A stretch of 64,000 nt of DNA from Christensenellaceae bacterium (GCA_963667795.1 OY764017.1:790207-854206); one strand, 5' to 3'; counted from the stretch's first letter, positions 10,001-25,000 are shown. The notes: generated by a model from the letters alone, not told the origin. A program made the numbers and translations.

Positions 10001-13000
10001 AACCGTACTGCCGTTTGTGATATCGGCTGTGCCGATCGAGATGTCGCCGTATACGTCCGCGGTCACATCGCTGTCGTTCACAGTCCAAGATGTGGACGCC
10101 AGTCCGCCGTTAGAGCTTGTCAGTGAAACCGTACTGCCATTTGCAATGCCGGCCGTTTCAATTGCGATGTCCCCGTAAACATCGGCAGTCACAGTGCTGT
10201 TGTCAACGCTCCAAGTCGTGGATGTTAAGCCACCGCCTGTGCTGTTCATCGTCACAACGCTCTCATCCTGTGCTGTAAACGATCCGATTTCAATGTCGCC
10301 CTCGGCATCCAGATCTGCGCTGCTGAAATACACTTTGTCGGCGTCGGTTGCCGCATCCTGACCGGCATCGTAATGAACGATCAACGTTTGAATCTTAATC
10401 GCTCCCGTAATGGTCGGATCACTGCCGTTTGAATGCGCATCCAGAATCAGATTTCCGGCGATGACTTCGACGCGGTTGCCAAGAATATCGCCATTCTCGG
10501 TTTCAACATGATACGTTGCTCCGTTGATGATGCGCGTGTTTTCCTCAAGCGTCAGGCTGCCTTCCGCCGCCGGTACAAAGAGGTAAATACTGCTCGAAAT
10601 CAATCCGCGGTCGCCTGTGATGTCATAGACCGTGACGAATCCACCAGAGGAAACGTCCAGTAGCTTAGTCGGTTCGCCAACCGTACCTGTCGTTCTGAGG
10701 TAAAAGTCGATATCGCTTCCGGCCTTCATGTTCAGATCCGGTCCGTTACCGTCAATCAGGCTTCCTGCCGTATCGTGCATGGTTATGGTGATGCTGCCCT
10801 GCATCGCCTCTACATAACCGATGTAGTAGATAATGCCGGTCGCTTCGACGAAGTGGAGCGTTAACGTGTCTGCGGATGCAGGCTCTACTGTGCCGTCTGA
10901 ATATACCTTGGTATGATTCGGAAGTTCGATCACAGCGCTGTCACGCAACCACGTCGATTTCTCGTTGTCCCAAACATAGATGCGCTTGACAACAGTCGTT
11001 TCGCCGGAATACGTGACGGTATGCGTTATGGTTTTGATCGTTTCCGTCAGCGTTCCAATCACCGTCACGCCGTCCTCGCCCAGGATGTCCGTTGTGCGCG
11101 TTCCCGTGGTTTGCGTATGCGCAACATTTGAGACCACACTCCAGCTAGAGCCGCTCCAATGATAGTAATGGCCTTCGACGTCCGTTGCGATCGTATCGGT
11201 CAGTCGCTCCAGATAGACCGACTTCACCGGCGTCATTTCGAAAGCGACGCCTGTGTTTTCGACAGCTTTATAGATATAGTAAATCGCGTCGAACGCATCT
11301 CCCGTGATATCGGCCAGCTCAATCGGTGTGCCAGCGTATATTAGCGTTCCGCTGATCAGTGTGAAGGTATTCGCATCATCATCGGTATAAACACCGTTTT
11401 CAATCGGATAAATCCACTGCAGCGCTTCAATTTCGGTCAGGTCTTCAATTTCAAAGAGCATGCCGAGGTGCACGAGGTCATCACCGATTATTTGATAAAC
11501 ATTGCCGTTGATATCGATGTAATAATCGCTGTTGCCCATTCCGTACACAAGACGCAGCGCTTCCACCGCACTGCCGGCAAATTCATATTCGCCGGTCGGA
11601 TCACCGGTTACAGGATCGAGCACCGGTGACGCCTCAAATAATCTACCGAGTGATACCCAACCGTCATAATTGTTCAGCAGCCAGTCTGCCGTGTCCGATC
11701 CGTATATGCACGCCGGTGTCGAGCTTATCTCACCGGTGTAGACCAGTGCATCGAGGGCGTCGTTCAGCTGGTAAATATAACCGGTGCCGTCAGTGTAGGT
11801 TCTATTCGAAGCATCCACGCCATACACAAGGTAAAGCGCGTTGCCTTCCGTGTGTGCCTCCGCCGCAAACGTCTTCACTACACCGTTGTTGTCATACACA
11901 CGGTCGGCATACGACACAATCTGTGAAATAATATCCGAAATCAGATATTCAATTGTAATGTACGTGTCGTCCTCGGCATACCGTTCGCCGGTATAGACAT
12001 ACTGCGTATCCGAAATCTTTTCGAACAATCTGCCGTCCGCGTCTACATAGAGCGTTCTGGTATCTCCATCAATCGAGATAGGCGTGAGTCCATCCGCGTT
12101 CGCTTTGTCAGCAATGTCTTCCGGCGTGTCGACATACGTAAGCGCGTAATAAGCGTCGCCTTCCGCCGGTGTGATCATCTCCAATGCGTAGCGGTTGCCG
12201 TCCGCGTCGACATAGTATCCGTCAAGGTCTTTATCAAACTGGAATCCGGCCGCACCTACGTTTGTAATTTCACCCGTGGCATCCAGAAAAACAATCTTTT
12301 CGCCATTTGTGTAGCCGATGATCATGCCATTTAGCGTGATAAGCGCGTCTGCGGACGTGATGTCCGGCAGATCTGCAGGCGTATTATAGTAAACCAGATT
12401 GTCGCCTTCCAGGCGATACACGCTGCCGTTCTCGTGCGTGTAATACCAATACCCGTCCTCGCCCTGCGTCAGTTCGTAACGGATACGCAGCGCTTCTTCC
12501 GGTGTAATGCTGTCGTCAAACGTGTACGCAATGCCACCGCGCACGTAGTAGTAGCCGGTCGTATGGCTCATCAGCCACTCGATTGCGCTTTCACCCGTGA
12601 TGGTTTGCAGCGTCCCGCCCGCTTCGGTACGTACGATCTGTCCTTCAACAAAGCTATAGAGGTTTCCGTCGGTGTCTTTAAACGTTCCCTCACCAATGAG
12701 CTTGAAGAGTTTCAGTGCGGTTTCTTGCCCAACGGCAATGCCTTTATGTGTGTATCCAATGATGTTTCCATCAATATCCTTCAACACTTGCAGCGCTTTG
12801 TATGCGCTGGTGTCCGCGGCGACAATCGTGACCGGTGTACCGAGGTATACGAGATTCGAACCGTCAAGTTCGTAGACGTGGGAACCGGAATTATAGGCGC
12901 CGTCAACGATCTCGTAACGAATCTTCAATGCTGACGATTCGGTTACGATAGAGGTAAAATATACGCCGTTATAATAATATCCATCGCGTCCATTGATGAG

Positions 13001-16000
13001 CGTCGCACGTACATCGGCACCTGCAATGGTCGGGGTGACGCCCGTCCGTTCGCCCGTATACACAAGACTATCGCTGATCAATTCATAGATGTATCCGTCC
13101 GCGTCGGTGTAGAGGTTCGCGATTGTCGGGTAGAGCAGTGCGAGTGCTTCCACGCCGGTGATCGTAGCGGCAAAGGTTTTGCTCAAGTCTTCCGAATCAT
13201 ACAGGCGGTCAGCATTGTTTTCGACTTCGTCAATCATCGTGGATGCTGTGATATCTGCAATGCCCGTCATCATTCCGCTATATGTATAGGTAACCACCGT
13301 GGTCGTCACTTCATCCTCAGTGATGTAGGCGTAGTGTACGTTGTATATATAACCGCTTACGCTGACGGTCAGGGCTTTTCCTTCGCCGTCCGTCGTCAGT
13401 GTCGTCGTTCCGGATGGAAGCGTTTCTTCGGAATAATCGTTGCTCATACCACTCGGCAGAACAGTGCCGTCGTAAACAAGGTTGCCATCTCCGTCCAGCG
13501 TGTAACGGTTGGCCGTTTCGTCAATCTTAAAGTAGAAGCCGTAGGTTGCGTCGTTTACCGTCGTATACAGCAGGTACGCCGCGTCGCTGCCGCCAAGCTC
13601 GCCTTCCGTCATCAGGTAGACCTTGCCGTTTACCGTGTAACCCACGACCATGCCGTTCAAATCCGTCAACGCTTCGGTTCCCGTAATCGTTATATCGGAT
13701 GGAGCGCCCTGATAGACCAGATCGTTCCCAACAAGCAGATAGACGTTCCCGTTTTCATCCGTATAGTTCGGATTTGCCGTGTCTACGCCATAAACAAGAT
13801 AGAGCGCATCCAATTCTGTCAGGTTGCGGTCAAACACATAAACTTCGCCATTGTCTGCCGTGTATACATAATCCGCATGATCCAGCAGCCATTGTTTCGT
13901 TACCGCGCCGGAGATGTTGGAAACACCGCTTTGCTTGCAAATGATCGCTCCGCTCTCAAAGAAGTAGATGTTCCCCGCCGCATCTTTAAACGCACCGGTG
14001 CCGTTGAGGCTGAACACCTGCAGGGCTTCGTCTTCCGACAATTCAACGCCAAGCGCCGTGCGATAACCTGTAATATTCCCGTCTCCGTCGGTGATCGCAT
14101 CCAGGAAGAATCCGTTCTGAATGATTTCAATCGCACTTTGTCCGGTAATGTCTTCCACACCGGTCTTCATGCCGGTGTACACAAACGAACTGCCTTCTAG
14201 CCGGTAGATATAGCCGTTCTCGTCCGTATAGATAACATTGCCGTCTTCGTCGACCTCAAGCGTGCTGTACTTGGAGGTTTCACCAAGCTCCATCGCGTTC
14301 AGATAATCCGAATGATACTCCGTGCCGTCGAACTTCGCCGCGAAGCACTTACCGTTGATCATGTTGTTTTCGTTGATCATGACCGCAAGGCCGCTTGTGG
14401 TCACATACAGCGTTTCGGTCACGCGATAACCGGAGACAGAGCCAACCATGTTGTTATCAGGGATTGCCGCAACAGCCTTGATCGGAATATTCTTAACAAG
14501 CCCTTGAATGTTCAGAATCGCCTGTGCGTATCCCTGTTCTTCAACGGTTGTTTCCTGAAGTTCCCAAGTAGAGGTCACGTCGTTGTAAACGGAGGTCGTA
14601 TACGTCGCCGTGTACGTCGTCTCGCCAACGGGCGTTCCAAAGGTCAGCGTATAATCCTTGCTGGGTTGCGTACTGCTTGTTCCGTCGCCTTTGTTTTCGT
14701 TGGCCGTGAGCATCAGCGACAGCGGGACAATCGTCGTACAGTTGATATTCAGCGAATACGTATAAAGCGACGTCTTGTTGACCCAGTAATGATTCGTATC
14801 ATCTTCTTTGTATGCAAAGACCGCGAAATAAAATTTGTTGTCACCCTGCGCCGACCAGCTGCTGTAATCCGAACGCGTGTCGGTCTGCAGACTGACCGTC
14901 CAATATCGGCCTTTGAGGGATTCGTATATGCCGTTGAGCGTGCTATTGGAATTCGTGTAGTTGTCAGGCACATAGTACATGCCGTTGATCTTCTTGATAT
15001 TCAATTCGGTGCTGTTGTAATACCACTTGCCAGCATTATAATCGTATTTTATCCCCACCGACGCAAGACCGTTTACATTGAAGATCTTGGACGCGCGTGA
15101 CACGGCTTCGCTAATGACGCTTCCGTTATAGTATTCCTTTTTGAGCTCGTAATAAACCGTACCGCTGCTCATGGTAACGGTGTGCGGTTCGCCGTCGTCG
15201 GTCATCAGATGGTATGTTATCAGGCTGTCACTGCTTGAACCCGACGTGATGGAAATCGCGCCTTCCATTAGGTACGGTGCGAATGTATCGTCGCTGGAAT
15301 CATACGCAATCAGGTAATATGTTCCGTCCGTGTCGACATGCGGATACAGGCCGCTGATATAGTAGTAAGTCAGCGTACCGTAGCTCCACCAATATGAAAG
15401 CGATACGACGTTGTCCTGCGATGTGTAAACCGGAACGCCGTCCACGATTTCCGCCGTCGTCGTGGATAACACAAGATCAATGCTGCCAGCGCTCTGCCGA
15501 ATGTTGTTGACAAGCCAAGTGCCGCTGACTGCAGACAGCAACAATTCGTAGCTGCCGTTGTCTTCAACAGTCAGTTTACCGGTCGTAAGGTCGATCGATA
15601 CGCCAGCTGCGAGCGTGATGTTCGTGACCGTTCCGCTTCCGTCGGTCGTAAATTCAAAGTCGCTGACGGCAAAATCGACGCCGCCTTCGGTGATACGCAT
15701 AACATTGCCAAGCGAATCCGTATACAGGTATGTGTCGTTCGGCAGCAGGAAGCAATAGACGTCCTTCAGCGGGTCATAACTGGTCAGGTAATATTCAAGC
15801 GCGTCCATCCCCGCGATTGTAACATTCTGGGAAAGCGTTGTCAGTGCGTCGGTGACGTACTCCAACGTTCCGGGGACCGGCATGGTCAGCGTATTGGTAT
15901 TCATCAGCTGGTATGCACGGATGCCCTGCGGCAGGTCGATGTCAATATCGCCGGTCGTAGAAACGATCGATTGCATCCGCATATCAATGTTTGCGTCGGT

Positions 16001-19000
16001 CGTTGCGCTTCCGTCTTCCCAGGGCTTCGTTGCCCACTGGGTTGCATTCAGAAGCAGCAGTTCCGCAGCCGTCAGCTGCATGTAGATGCCGCCGCTCGCC
16101 GAAACGTTGACGCAGGATGCACTTCCGCTGATATTGAACAGATATGCGTTAAAGCTCTGGGTTACTACCGTCTCACCAACCATGTAAGAAGCGGCACCGA
16201 TGCTCCCGGCATTTGTGATCGTCAGGCTGCTCGCCCAAACGGGTGCAACGTTGACGGCTGCCGAAATAGACGTGACTTTCTGAACAGCGGTCAATGCGCC
16301 GCCGGTCTCACCCGTCCAGATGATGTTGACGTCGCCCGTGCTGTTGGCGATCATGCCGTTAATTGCAACTGAGCCGTCCTGCTCGTTTGTGATTGTAATC
16401 GTCGGCGTCGTTACCACGCTCTTGTTCAGGTTAATGTTACCGCTCGTGCCATAACTTGACGGCATTGAAATCGGTAGTCCCCAACTATTTCGAATCGTAG
16501 GCCGGATGAAGTTCGTGTTCTGCACCGTAATGCCGAGTAACACGATATCCAACGCCGTGCTGTTCGTGATCGTTACGGACGGAATGTACGACTGATCGTA
16601 CACAAGCAGCGAACTATAAGAAGCCTTGAGGATCGCCGTTCCGGGCAGTGCGTTCGAAATCTGTCGGAAGGTGATGGAATCACCGCTGATCGTCCAAATC
16701 TGGCTTTCATTTTTCAGGCCAACCTGGCGCACGGTGTAATTATTCAGTGTGCCGGAGATATCGATGTAAATGCCACCCGCGGCGTCGCCAAGGTGCAGCT
16801 GCGTTCCTGCGGCAACGGTTGCGCTGCCTTCGGAATCCAAGTCATTGCTGCCGGTCTTACGCTTTACAATGAAGCCGGACGTATTACGGTCGTCGTCCGT
16901 GCGGTCCTCATTATACTTGACCTTTGTAACAGTGACATATGCACCGATGAACACAACGCCGGTGTTGATCGAAGTCGTTGCAGAGATCGTGCCGCCGATA
17001 TCGACCGCGGCAACCGCTTCACCGATTGCATTCAGCCTTGCTGTCGCAACGCCGTAAATGTTGTGCGAATGATATGCCGGTTTCGAAGACGCCGCGATGT
17101 ATGTTTCATCATGTCCGGTGATGCTGACGTAGGTCAGCTTCGTCGCCGACGTGATATTGACAGTCATGTTGGTGTCCGCGTCCACGTCTGCGCCGAGCGC
17201 TTTGCCGTTGGCGTATGTATATGTGTACACGTAGAGTTGGCTGACCAGCGAAGAAACATTCACATAGCGGCCTTCAATCGTCACAGCGTTACTGTCCGAC
17301 CCGGAAATGTTGACTTTACTGCTTAGCGTAACATTCGTCGTTGCCTTGGCAAACGGACGCACACCCAGTCCGCTTGTATTGACATATGCAATGGCAGAGA
17401 GGCTGTCCATCGACGAATCGGCATAAATGCTGACGGTGTTGAACCGGTCTTGCATGCTCACGCCTGCCGATACGTTCACGGTTACGTTCGAGTTCACGGT
17501 TGTCGATATCTCTGCCTTGCCAAGCGCGACGACGCCGCCGGAGGAAATTTTTGCGTAGGTGTAAATATCGTCGTTTTCACCCGCGGACGCTTTGATCAGC
17601 AGATCCCCGAAGTCCGCCGTCAGAACAGAATTCGTTCCAATATTGATCGTTGTTGTACGGTACAGCGAGTTGATTGCTTTCATCAGATCGCCGGAGAAGA
17701 ATCCACCGCCGTCAGCGTAAGTCTTAGCATACATGTCTGCATTGGACTTTGCCAGCACGCTCAGGCTGCCGCCTGCAAACAACCGGGCCGTGACGTTGGC
17801 TAGGTTGGTAACGTCCATGTAGTTTCTTCCACGCGTACAACCCGCGTTGATGCCAAAGCCAATCTGCGTTGCGGTTGCATTGGAAACTGCCGCCGTAAAG
17901 TCTTCACTTATTATGCTTATGCTGCCATCTGCCGTGATGGACGAATTGTCCGTTACGTAAGCACTTGTATAGTAATAGGAATTCGTCGGCAGTTCAGATT
18001 CGGAAACGGCAACCAGCGCAGCGGTCATACCGCGTTCGACGACCGATCTTGCGGAGCCCGAGTTATAGGCGCGGATCGTTACGTTGCCCGCGCACGTGAT
18101 GTCGGCGTCGCCCTTAACGCCCGCGGTAACCGATTGTTTGCTGCTGTTCGTCCCGACATATGTTTCCGCCTTTGTCGACGAATCGATACCCATGCCAACG
18201 CCGCCGGCTTCTTCGCAGAGTGCATATGCCGTGGTGTTGCCGATTGCCGACACAGTAACATCGCCGCTATGTGTTTCAATCTGCGTTGCCGAAATATACG
18301 CCTGCACCGAATCGCCGGTTTCAGCGACTGCATAGAGGCTGCCGACCGTCAGTAAACCGACCGTCAGGCTCTTCTTCGCCTGTGCATTCGCTTCCGTAAT
18401 CGTTTTTGCCTTGACCGTCACCGAATTGGCGGTGATGGAACCAGCGCCGCTGATATAAGCCTTATTGACGCTCGTTGCAATCGCGCTTGCTTGGTTGACG
18501 GTCGCGCCGATCAGTGCAATGCTTAATCCCGCGCCGGACCCGCCGACGCTTGCCGACGCCATGCCGAAATCACCGGTGCGGAAAATTTCGCTTTGTACAT
18601 TTAGTGAGCCGTTGACGATTTCGATCGTTCCTGTCGTGTTCACATAGGCCGACTGATCGATATTGAGTTTGGCTTCAATGACATTGACGGCGACTTCCAG
18701 AGCGCTGACGGAGAACGAATGCGTTCTGCCGATTGCCGTGGATTTTGCATAGCCTTCCGTCAGGATGTTGACGCCGCCCGTCGAGGTGATACTCCCGCTG
18801 CCACAGATATAACTGGAAACCGTCACGTGGTTGGATGCAAAGGCCAGGTTCGACGATGCACTCGCGACCGAAACACCAAGCCCGCCGGCTGCGCCGGTCG
18901 CCGCATATGCAATGGCGTAATATTCCGTATTAACAGTGATGGTGCCCGCAAGGATGCTTGCGCCGGTGCTGTCGATATACGCAGAGAAGTCGCCCTCAGC

Positions 19001-22000
19001 CTTCGCATAGGTCGACAGCAGCGATACGCTGATGACCGAGATGCTGTACTGTGATGTAAGTATATCTGCATTTGCGTAGGAGCGCGCCTGCGTATTGACC
19101 GATACCGATCCACTCACGGCCATGGAAGCGCCACTGATGTATGCATGCGAACTTGCGGTAAAGATTGCCTGCGCAAGGCTGATTGTTCCGTCAAGGAAGG
19201 AGATGGATACGCTCTTCGACGATGCGCCGCTGCTTCCGACCTCGGCAACTGCGCCAGTCTCATCACTGTTGTTCAGTCGTGTATATATATCCAAACTACT
19301 TGCCGAAAGCGTTACGTTTTCGATGTACGCGTTCTGTGAGGCCGTTACTTTTGCATAGCACTCGTTGAGCGCTACTTTTGCAAAATTGACCGAAACCGCA
19401 ACACCACGCACAACTGCATATGCCGTAACCGTTCCGATGGAGCGGACGGCAACTGCGCCAGCGGTAATCGATCCGGTTCCGCTGATATATGCTTTTGCGG
19501 CAGTGTTTGCTTCTGCGTAGCTGATGTTTACGCTGCCACTGTACGCCGCAGCCTGAACGCCTGCCGCCGCGGGCGACAGATCAGACGTTGCGTCGGACGT
19601 AAAACTATTGATGACATTGATGCTGCCCGCCGTAATTGAACCGTTGCTGACGATGATTGCCTCAAACGTACCCGAAGCATATGCAAATCCAGTCATAATT
19701 CCTACGGCCGCATATGCAAACGTTATATTATCCACCTTTGCTTGTGCCGTCGATCTGCTGTAGCTGTAGACATTGATTGCGCCGTTCACGGTCAAATTCG
19801 ATGCTTTTACTTTTGCGCGTCCCGTTGCGCTGGCAATCGCCGTTGTCACATTGGCCGAAACCGACGTTGCCGCAGCGGAAGCCGCAAAGATGTATGCCTG
19901 CGCCATCGTAGAGAACCTGCCGCTGATGGTATCGGTCAGGCGATCGGTAATCTGGAGCAGGAAGCTCGAATAGGTGTTCAGCGTATAATTCTGTTTGGAC
20001 GTTACGTTCAGCGCACCGGTCAATGTTATAGCGGAGCTTGCATTCAATTCTGCAGTCTGCGTGCTGACCAGCGTTGCGCTGGATACCGAAATGTTGACAG
20101 AGAGCGCCGCAACGCTGACGTTTGCAATGATTGCATATGCCCGCGTATTGCCTTCCGCGTAAATATTGAGGTTTCCGGCGTTGAGCGTGCCGGACGTGCC
20201 GATGACTTTTGCATTGTTTTCAGAGGCGTTGATCGCGATAGCAAAGTTCAGCGCAACCGCGATTGCGCCCGCCGTTCCGGTAACGACCGTAACGATCGCC
20301 TGCGAATTATACGGGGCCGTCGACGTTCCGGCGTTTACATTCAGCGTGCTTGCCGTGATGGTTGCACCGGTAAGGTCGACCAGCGCGACATTCTTCGATT
20401 TGATCTGTGCAAGCGCGACCGTTGCGCCAACCGCAACACCGCCCGCGATCAGACCGGTGGTGGTCACCGTTGTATCGCCCGTCAGCACGGCGGTTACCGT
20501 AATGGTGCCCGCTTCCAGATTTGCGCCGCTGATCGCCGCATAGCCGGTCGCGCGGTTGAAGCCGAGCGCAACGATGCCGTTGACGGCGACAATGCCGCCG
20601 CGCACGCCAAAGCCATACACGGTCGTTACGCCCGTAACGTCGCTTGTAACGTTGATGCTACCTGCGGTGATCTTCCCTTTAATTGCGGCGGACGAGCCGT
20701 CGACAGCTGTGCCGACCGGCGTTATGCCGATGTACGTGTAAGAATCCAGCAGGTTGATGACGATTGCCACGGTTGCGCCGACCGCCACGCCGCCGACGGA
20801 CAAGCCGATTGTAAAGGCGATTGCATTGGCTGTGAAGTCCGTTTTCACACCGACCTGCGCAGATGGAGCATCAATCGTAACGCCCTGACCGATAAACGTA
20901 TCGATACGCGTGCGGTTGATGGAGATTGCCATGCCCGCATTGACCGCAACCACACCCGCGCTGATGGCCGAGGCCACCGCAATTGCACAGGTTGAACCGG
21001 TCGTCGTAACATCTATGGCGTGCGTAATATTGGAGAGATTTGCGTCACCGGCGATGGCAGACGTTGCCTTTGCCTGATAATACACGGCAGCGGCGGAAAC
21101 ACCGACGCCGACATAGCCTGCGCCAATTGCCAGCGTACCGGTGAGTACCTGTCCAAAGTTTACGTCCGCATTGACATATACATTCTTTGCCGCGGCAACA
21201 TCGCCCGCAAGACAACTATACACTTCTGTAAACACAGTCAACACGGCAATCGTAACGCCAACGCCCGCAAGGCCGCCGCCGCCGCAAACCGATATGAGCC
21301 GGATCGTGGACGTGTTACTGTCTGAAATCAGATCGGCAACCTGTTCATTGACCTTCTGTGTGTCTTCGTTGATTTCTTCAATTGCTTCGGATTCGGACCC
21401 CGACGCCGCCTTTACGCTGATATCACCGTTCGGTGCGCGCAGCACCGCGTCGCTTTCAACCATTGCGTTAACATTGCTGAACAGCACAGCAACCGTAAGT
21501 CCAACGCCTACGCCTGCGTAAACGCCGACACCAAACGTACCGGAGATCATGTTCGCATTGATATGGTCGTTCGCCAGAACATTGATATCGCCGTTGTTTG
21601 AGGTAAGCTGGGCTCCCGCGCGCACGACCGCAGACGTTGAATCCCGCAAACTGCCGATACGGGACGAGTGCACGACCGAATTGTCGACTGTGCCGTCATA
21701 GGTGTCGTCATTCATTTCGCTGTCGGAACCGTCGTCGCTTTGCCCGTAATCACTGCTGCCCGGGTCGAGGTCTTCAGCCTTTTGGCCGTCACCTGCGAGC
21801 AGGTCGTTCAGGCTGTCGGTCGGCTTGCCGTCCGCCGCATGCGGGTTGGCCTGGCTAAATGCCTCGTCAACCTGGGTCTGCGGGTCCATCGTTTCGGCTT
21901 CAACCATAACCGCCGTCTTCTCGCCGGAGTAGTTTGTTGAAACCATGGAATCGCCTTCCAGATAATAGAACGTTGAAACGCCGTCTTTTACATATTCGTA

Positions 22001-25000
22001 GAGACGCTTTTGGTTATCATCGAGATAGACGTAATAATCTTTATCGTTGTGTGTATAGATTTCCTGAACTTCAGAAGAATAGATTGCATCGTGTGCATCC
22101 TGGCTCATCTTATTGCCGGACACAACAACGCTGAGCGAAACAGCAACGCCTGCCGCGCCTGCACCAAACGCCATAACAATCGAAAGGATGTCGCGATTCG
22201 ATCCGGCGGTTACTGAAATATCACCGTTTGCCGTTAGGATGCTGTCCGCGCCAACGGAAGCTTCTATCGTATTAAAGCTCACGCTTGCCAGAATCGTGAT
22301 CCCAACGCCCGCAGTGCCTCCGCCGATGGTTGCAACAACGGCAAGCAAACCGTACTCGTCACAGGCGACGATGTCAATATCCCCACCTGCGTTCAGCGTA
22401 ACGGCCGATTCCGTATATGCCTTTGTAATGACTTGCGTGATAATGACGTCCAGCGTACCGCCAACGCCCGCCGATCCGCCGACCGCAGCGCCCGCGGCAT
22501 CCGCCGTGACAAATTCTTCGGAATATGCATTGATCGCGATGTTGCCGGAAATCGCGGCAATCTGTGCGTTTGCATGTGCATATGCAAGCGTTTGGTTGTA
22601 GAAATACGTAACAACGGCAATTGCGGTTACACCCGCCGTACCACCGCCGCCAACCGCAAATGCTGCGTTAACAAGCAACGAATCCGTCTTTGCCTGAACG
22701 AGCACGTTGCGTTGTGCATTTGCCGTGCCGCCCAATGCCGCGGTAACAACATTTCTAAAGACCAGAGCGTTTACGCCACCCGCAATGCCAGTTGAACCGG
22801 CCGCGCCGAATGCGATTGCCAACAGGAAGAGTTTATCATTGGAACTTGCCAGCACACGGATGCTTCCACCTGCGTTGATGGTTGCCAGTGCACTTACATC
22901 CGCCGTAACGTTCTTCATGAACACCAGCGTAACCACCGTTGCGCCAATGCCGACCGAACCGCTCGCAGACAGTGAGCCTGCGAGATTAATTATTATGGAA
23001 TCATCGTCTGCCTCAACCACAACGTCGCCGCTGCAGAGCTCTTCGGTTCCGCCGCTTTCGGCGACCGTATAGGTATCCGTACCCGTCGCAGTGATGCTTG
23101 CCGAAGGCTGCACCTGTGCGCGGACGATATTTCTCATGACCAGTGTGTTGATAACGCCATTCACCGCAGCACTGCTCGAAGCTGCTGCTCCGATCGAAAC
23201 CAGCACCAGGTCTTCAGAAGCGGTTGCGCTGATGATCACGCCGCGCCGTCTGGCGGAACGATTCGGCACCATGATGCCGGAGCCTATACCACCGGAAAGA
23301 ATGACCGCGCTCTGTCCTATGATCGTCTCAACAGTGTTCGTATAAACCGCCGTAGAGATCGTTGCGCCTACAGCATTGCTTCCGGATGCTGCCAGACCAC
23401 CGCTGACGATATAAGTATGATTGTCCAGATTGGAAATAACGCCGACCGAGTCATGTGCCGTCAACCGTGCGCTCTGTCCAATTTCTGTTCTAACCGTATC
23501 GAGGCCGACCAGCACCGGAATCGTGCCGGACAGTGCTGTGGAACCAGAAGCGCCTACAGCCAGCGTCAGCATCAGTGTAAAGTTTTCACCGGTTGCCTGC
23601 ACAACAACATTGCCGCCGGTCGACGTAAGCGCCGCACCTTCGCCAATCAACGTTTGTATGGTGCGCTGCAAAACGTTAACGCTGATGGTCGCACCCGCCG
23701 CAGTCTGGCTGGATGCGCTGAGTGACATTCCAATCACCAGCATCCAGGTTTTACCCGTCGCCGTGACCGATACATCGTTCAGACCTGAAAGGACGGCATC
23801 ACTGCCAACCCTAGCGGTCGTATGATTCAAGGCGATCAGCACACCGAGCGTACCGGCAATCGCCGTGCCGCCCGTTGATGCCGAAGCCGCCGCAAGGACA
23901 TTGATGAGTTGATCGTAGGACGCCGCACGCACACTCACAGAACCGCCCGTGCTGACAAGGCTTGCATCGTTTGCAATCTCAGCAAGCGTGACCGTGTTCG
24001 TGACTACGACCGCAATCGTACCGCCAACGGCGCACTTTCCGCCCGCGCCCGCAATAGACAGCGCAATGAGGAGCAGTTCCGCCGAGGATTCTGCAGAAAC
24101 GCTCAGGTCGGTGCCCGCGGTGATCGTTGTATACTGGCCGACAGTGGACGACACATGGTTGTCCATAACGATGACGTCGATAACGCCGCCAACGCCTGAG
24201 CCGGAGGTCGACACGCTTGCGGCAATTGTGATTGCCATATAATCGGAATCGGAAACCGCGCTCTGGGCGTAATTCCCGCCCGCGTTGATTACAACATATT
24301 CGCCGACAACTGCGTTTACATAATCGGAATTTGCAAGCGCAGCAACCGTCAATCCAACGCCCACCTTCGACGAGCTAGCGGAAATGGCTCCGGAAATGAT
24401 GCGCGCGTTGGTGTCCGCCGTCGCCGTCACTTCCGCGTCGCCGGTGACATTGATGGTTGAATGATTGCCAATCGACGCTTCGGTCGTGTTAAAGAAGAAT
24501 ACGCACGCCATCGATCCGGCTACCGATGCGGTACCACCGGAGCCGCCGCTGACCGCGCCCGCAATCGATTCGGCGTAATAATTATTAGAAGAAAGGAAGT
24601 TGAGCAAGTCGATTGCATCGAGCACGGTGTCCGTGCTGACGTTGATCGAAATGGAATATCCGTCTTTGTCACTTGAACCTTTCTTGATATCAATGATACC
24701 CTTGTCCGCATCGGGGCTTGCATTGGTGGAATCCGTCAACAGCAGGCTCATGTCGAACGTTGATTCGTAATCCGAGAAGTCCACGCGCTGTTTGGCCGCG
24801 CGGAGCAGGAAGGACGCCGCATTGATCTGAACGTATTCACCAATTGTGGATTTTACGATGTTACGCGCAAAGACCAGCGCGAACGATGCGCCGAGGCCGA
24901 CTTTCGACCCCTTGGAAATGCTGATTCCACCCGCGCGAACCGCAAGCTTGCTTTGGTCTTGGGACGATAATTTAACCTGTCCGTTTGTGGCGGTCAGTTG

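Noticed and set aside
9640-10300. CRISPR-like periodicity
   Set aside because: The repeat is an in-frame 126-nt coding unit with no unique spacers, and there are no cas genes in the window.
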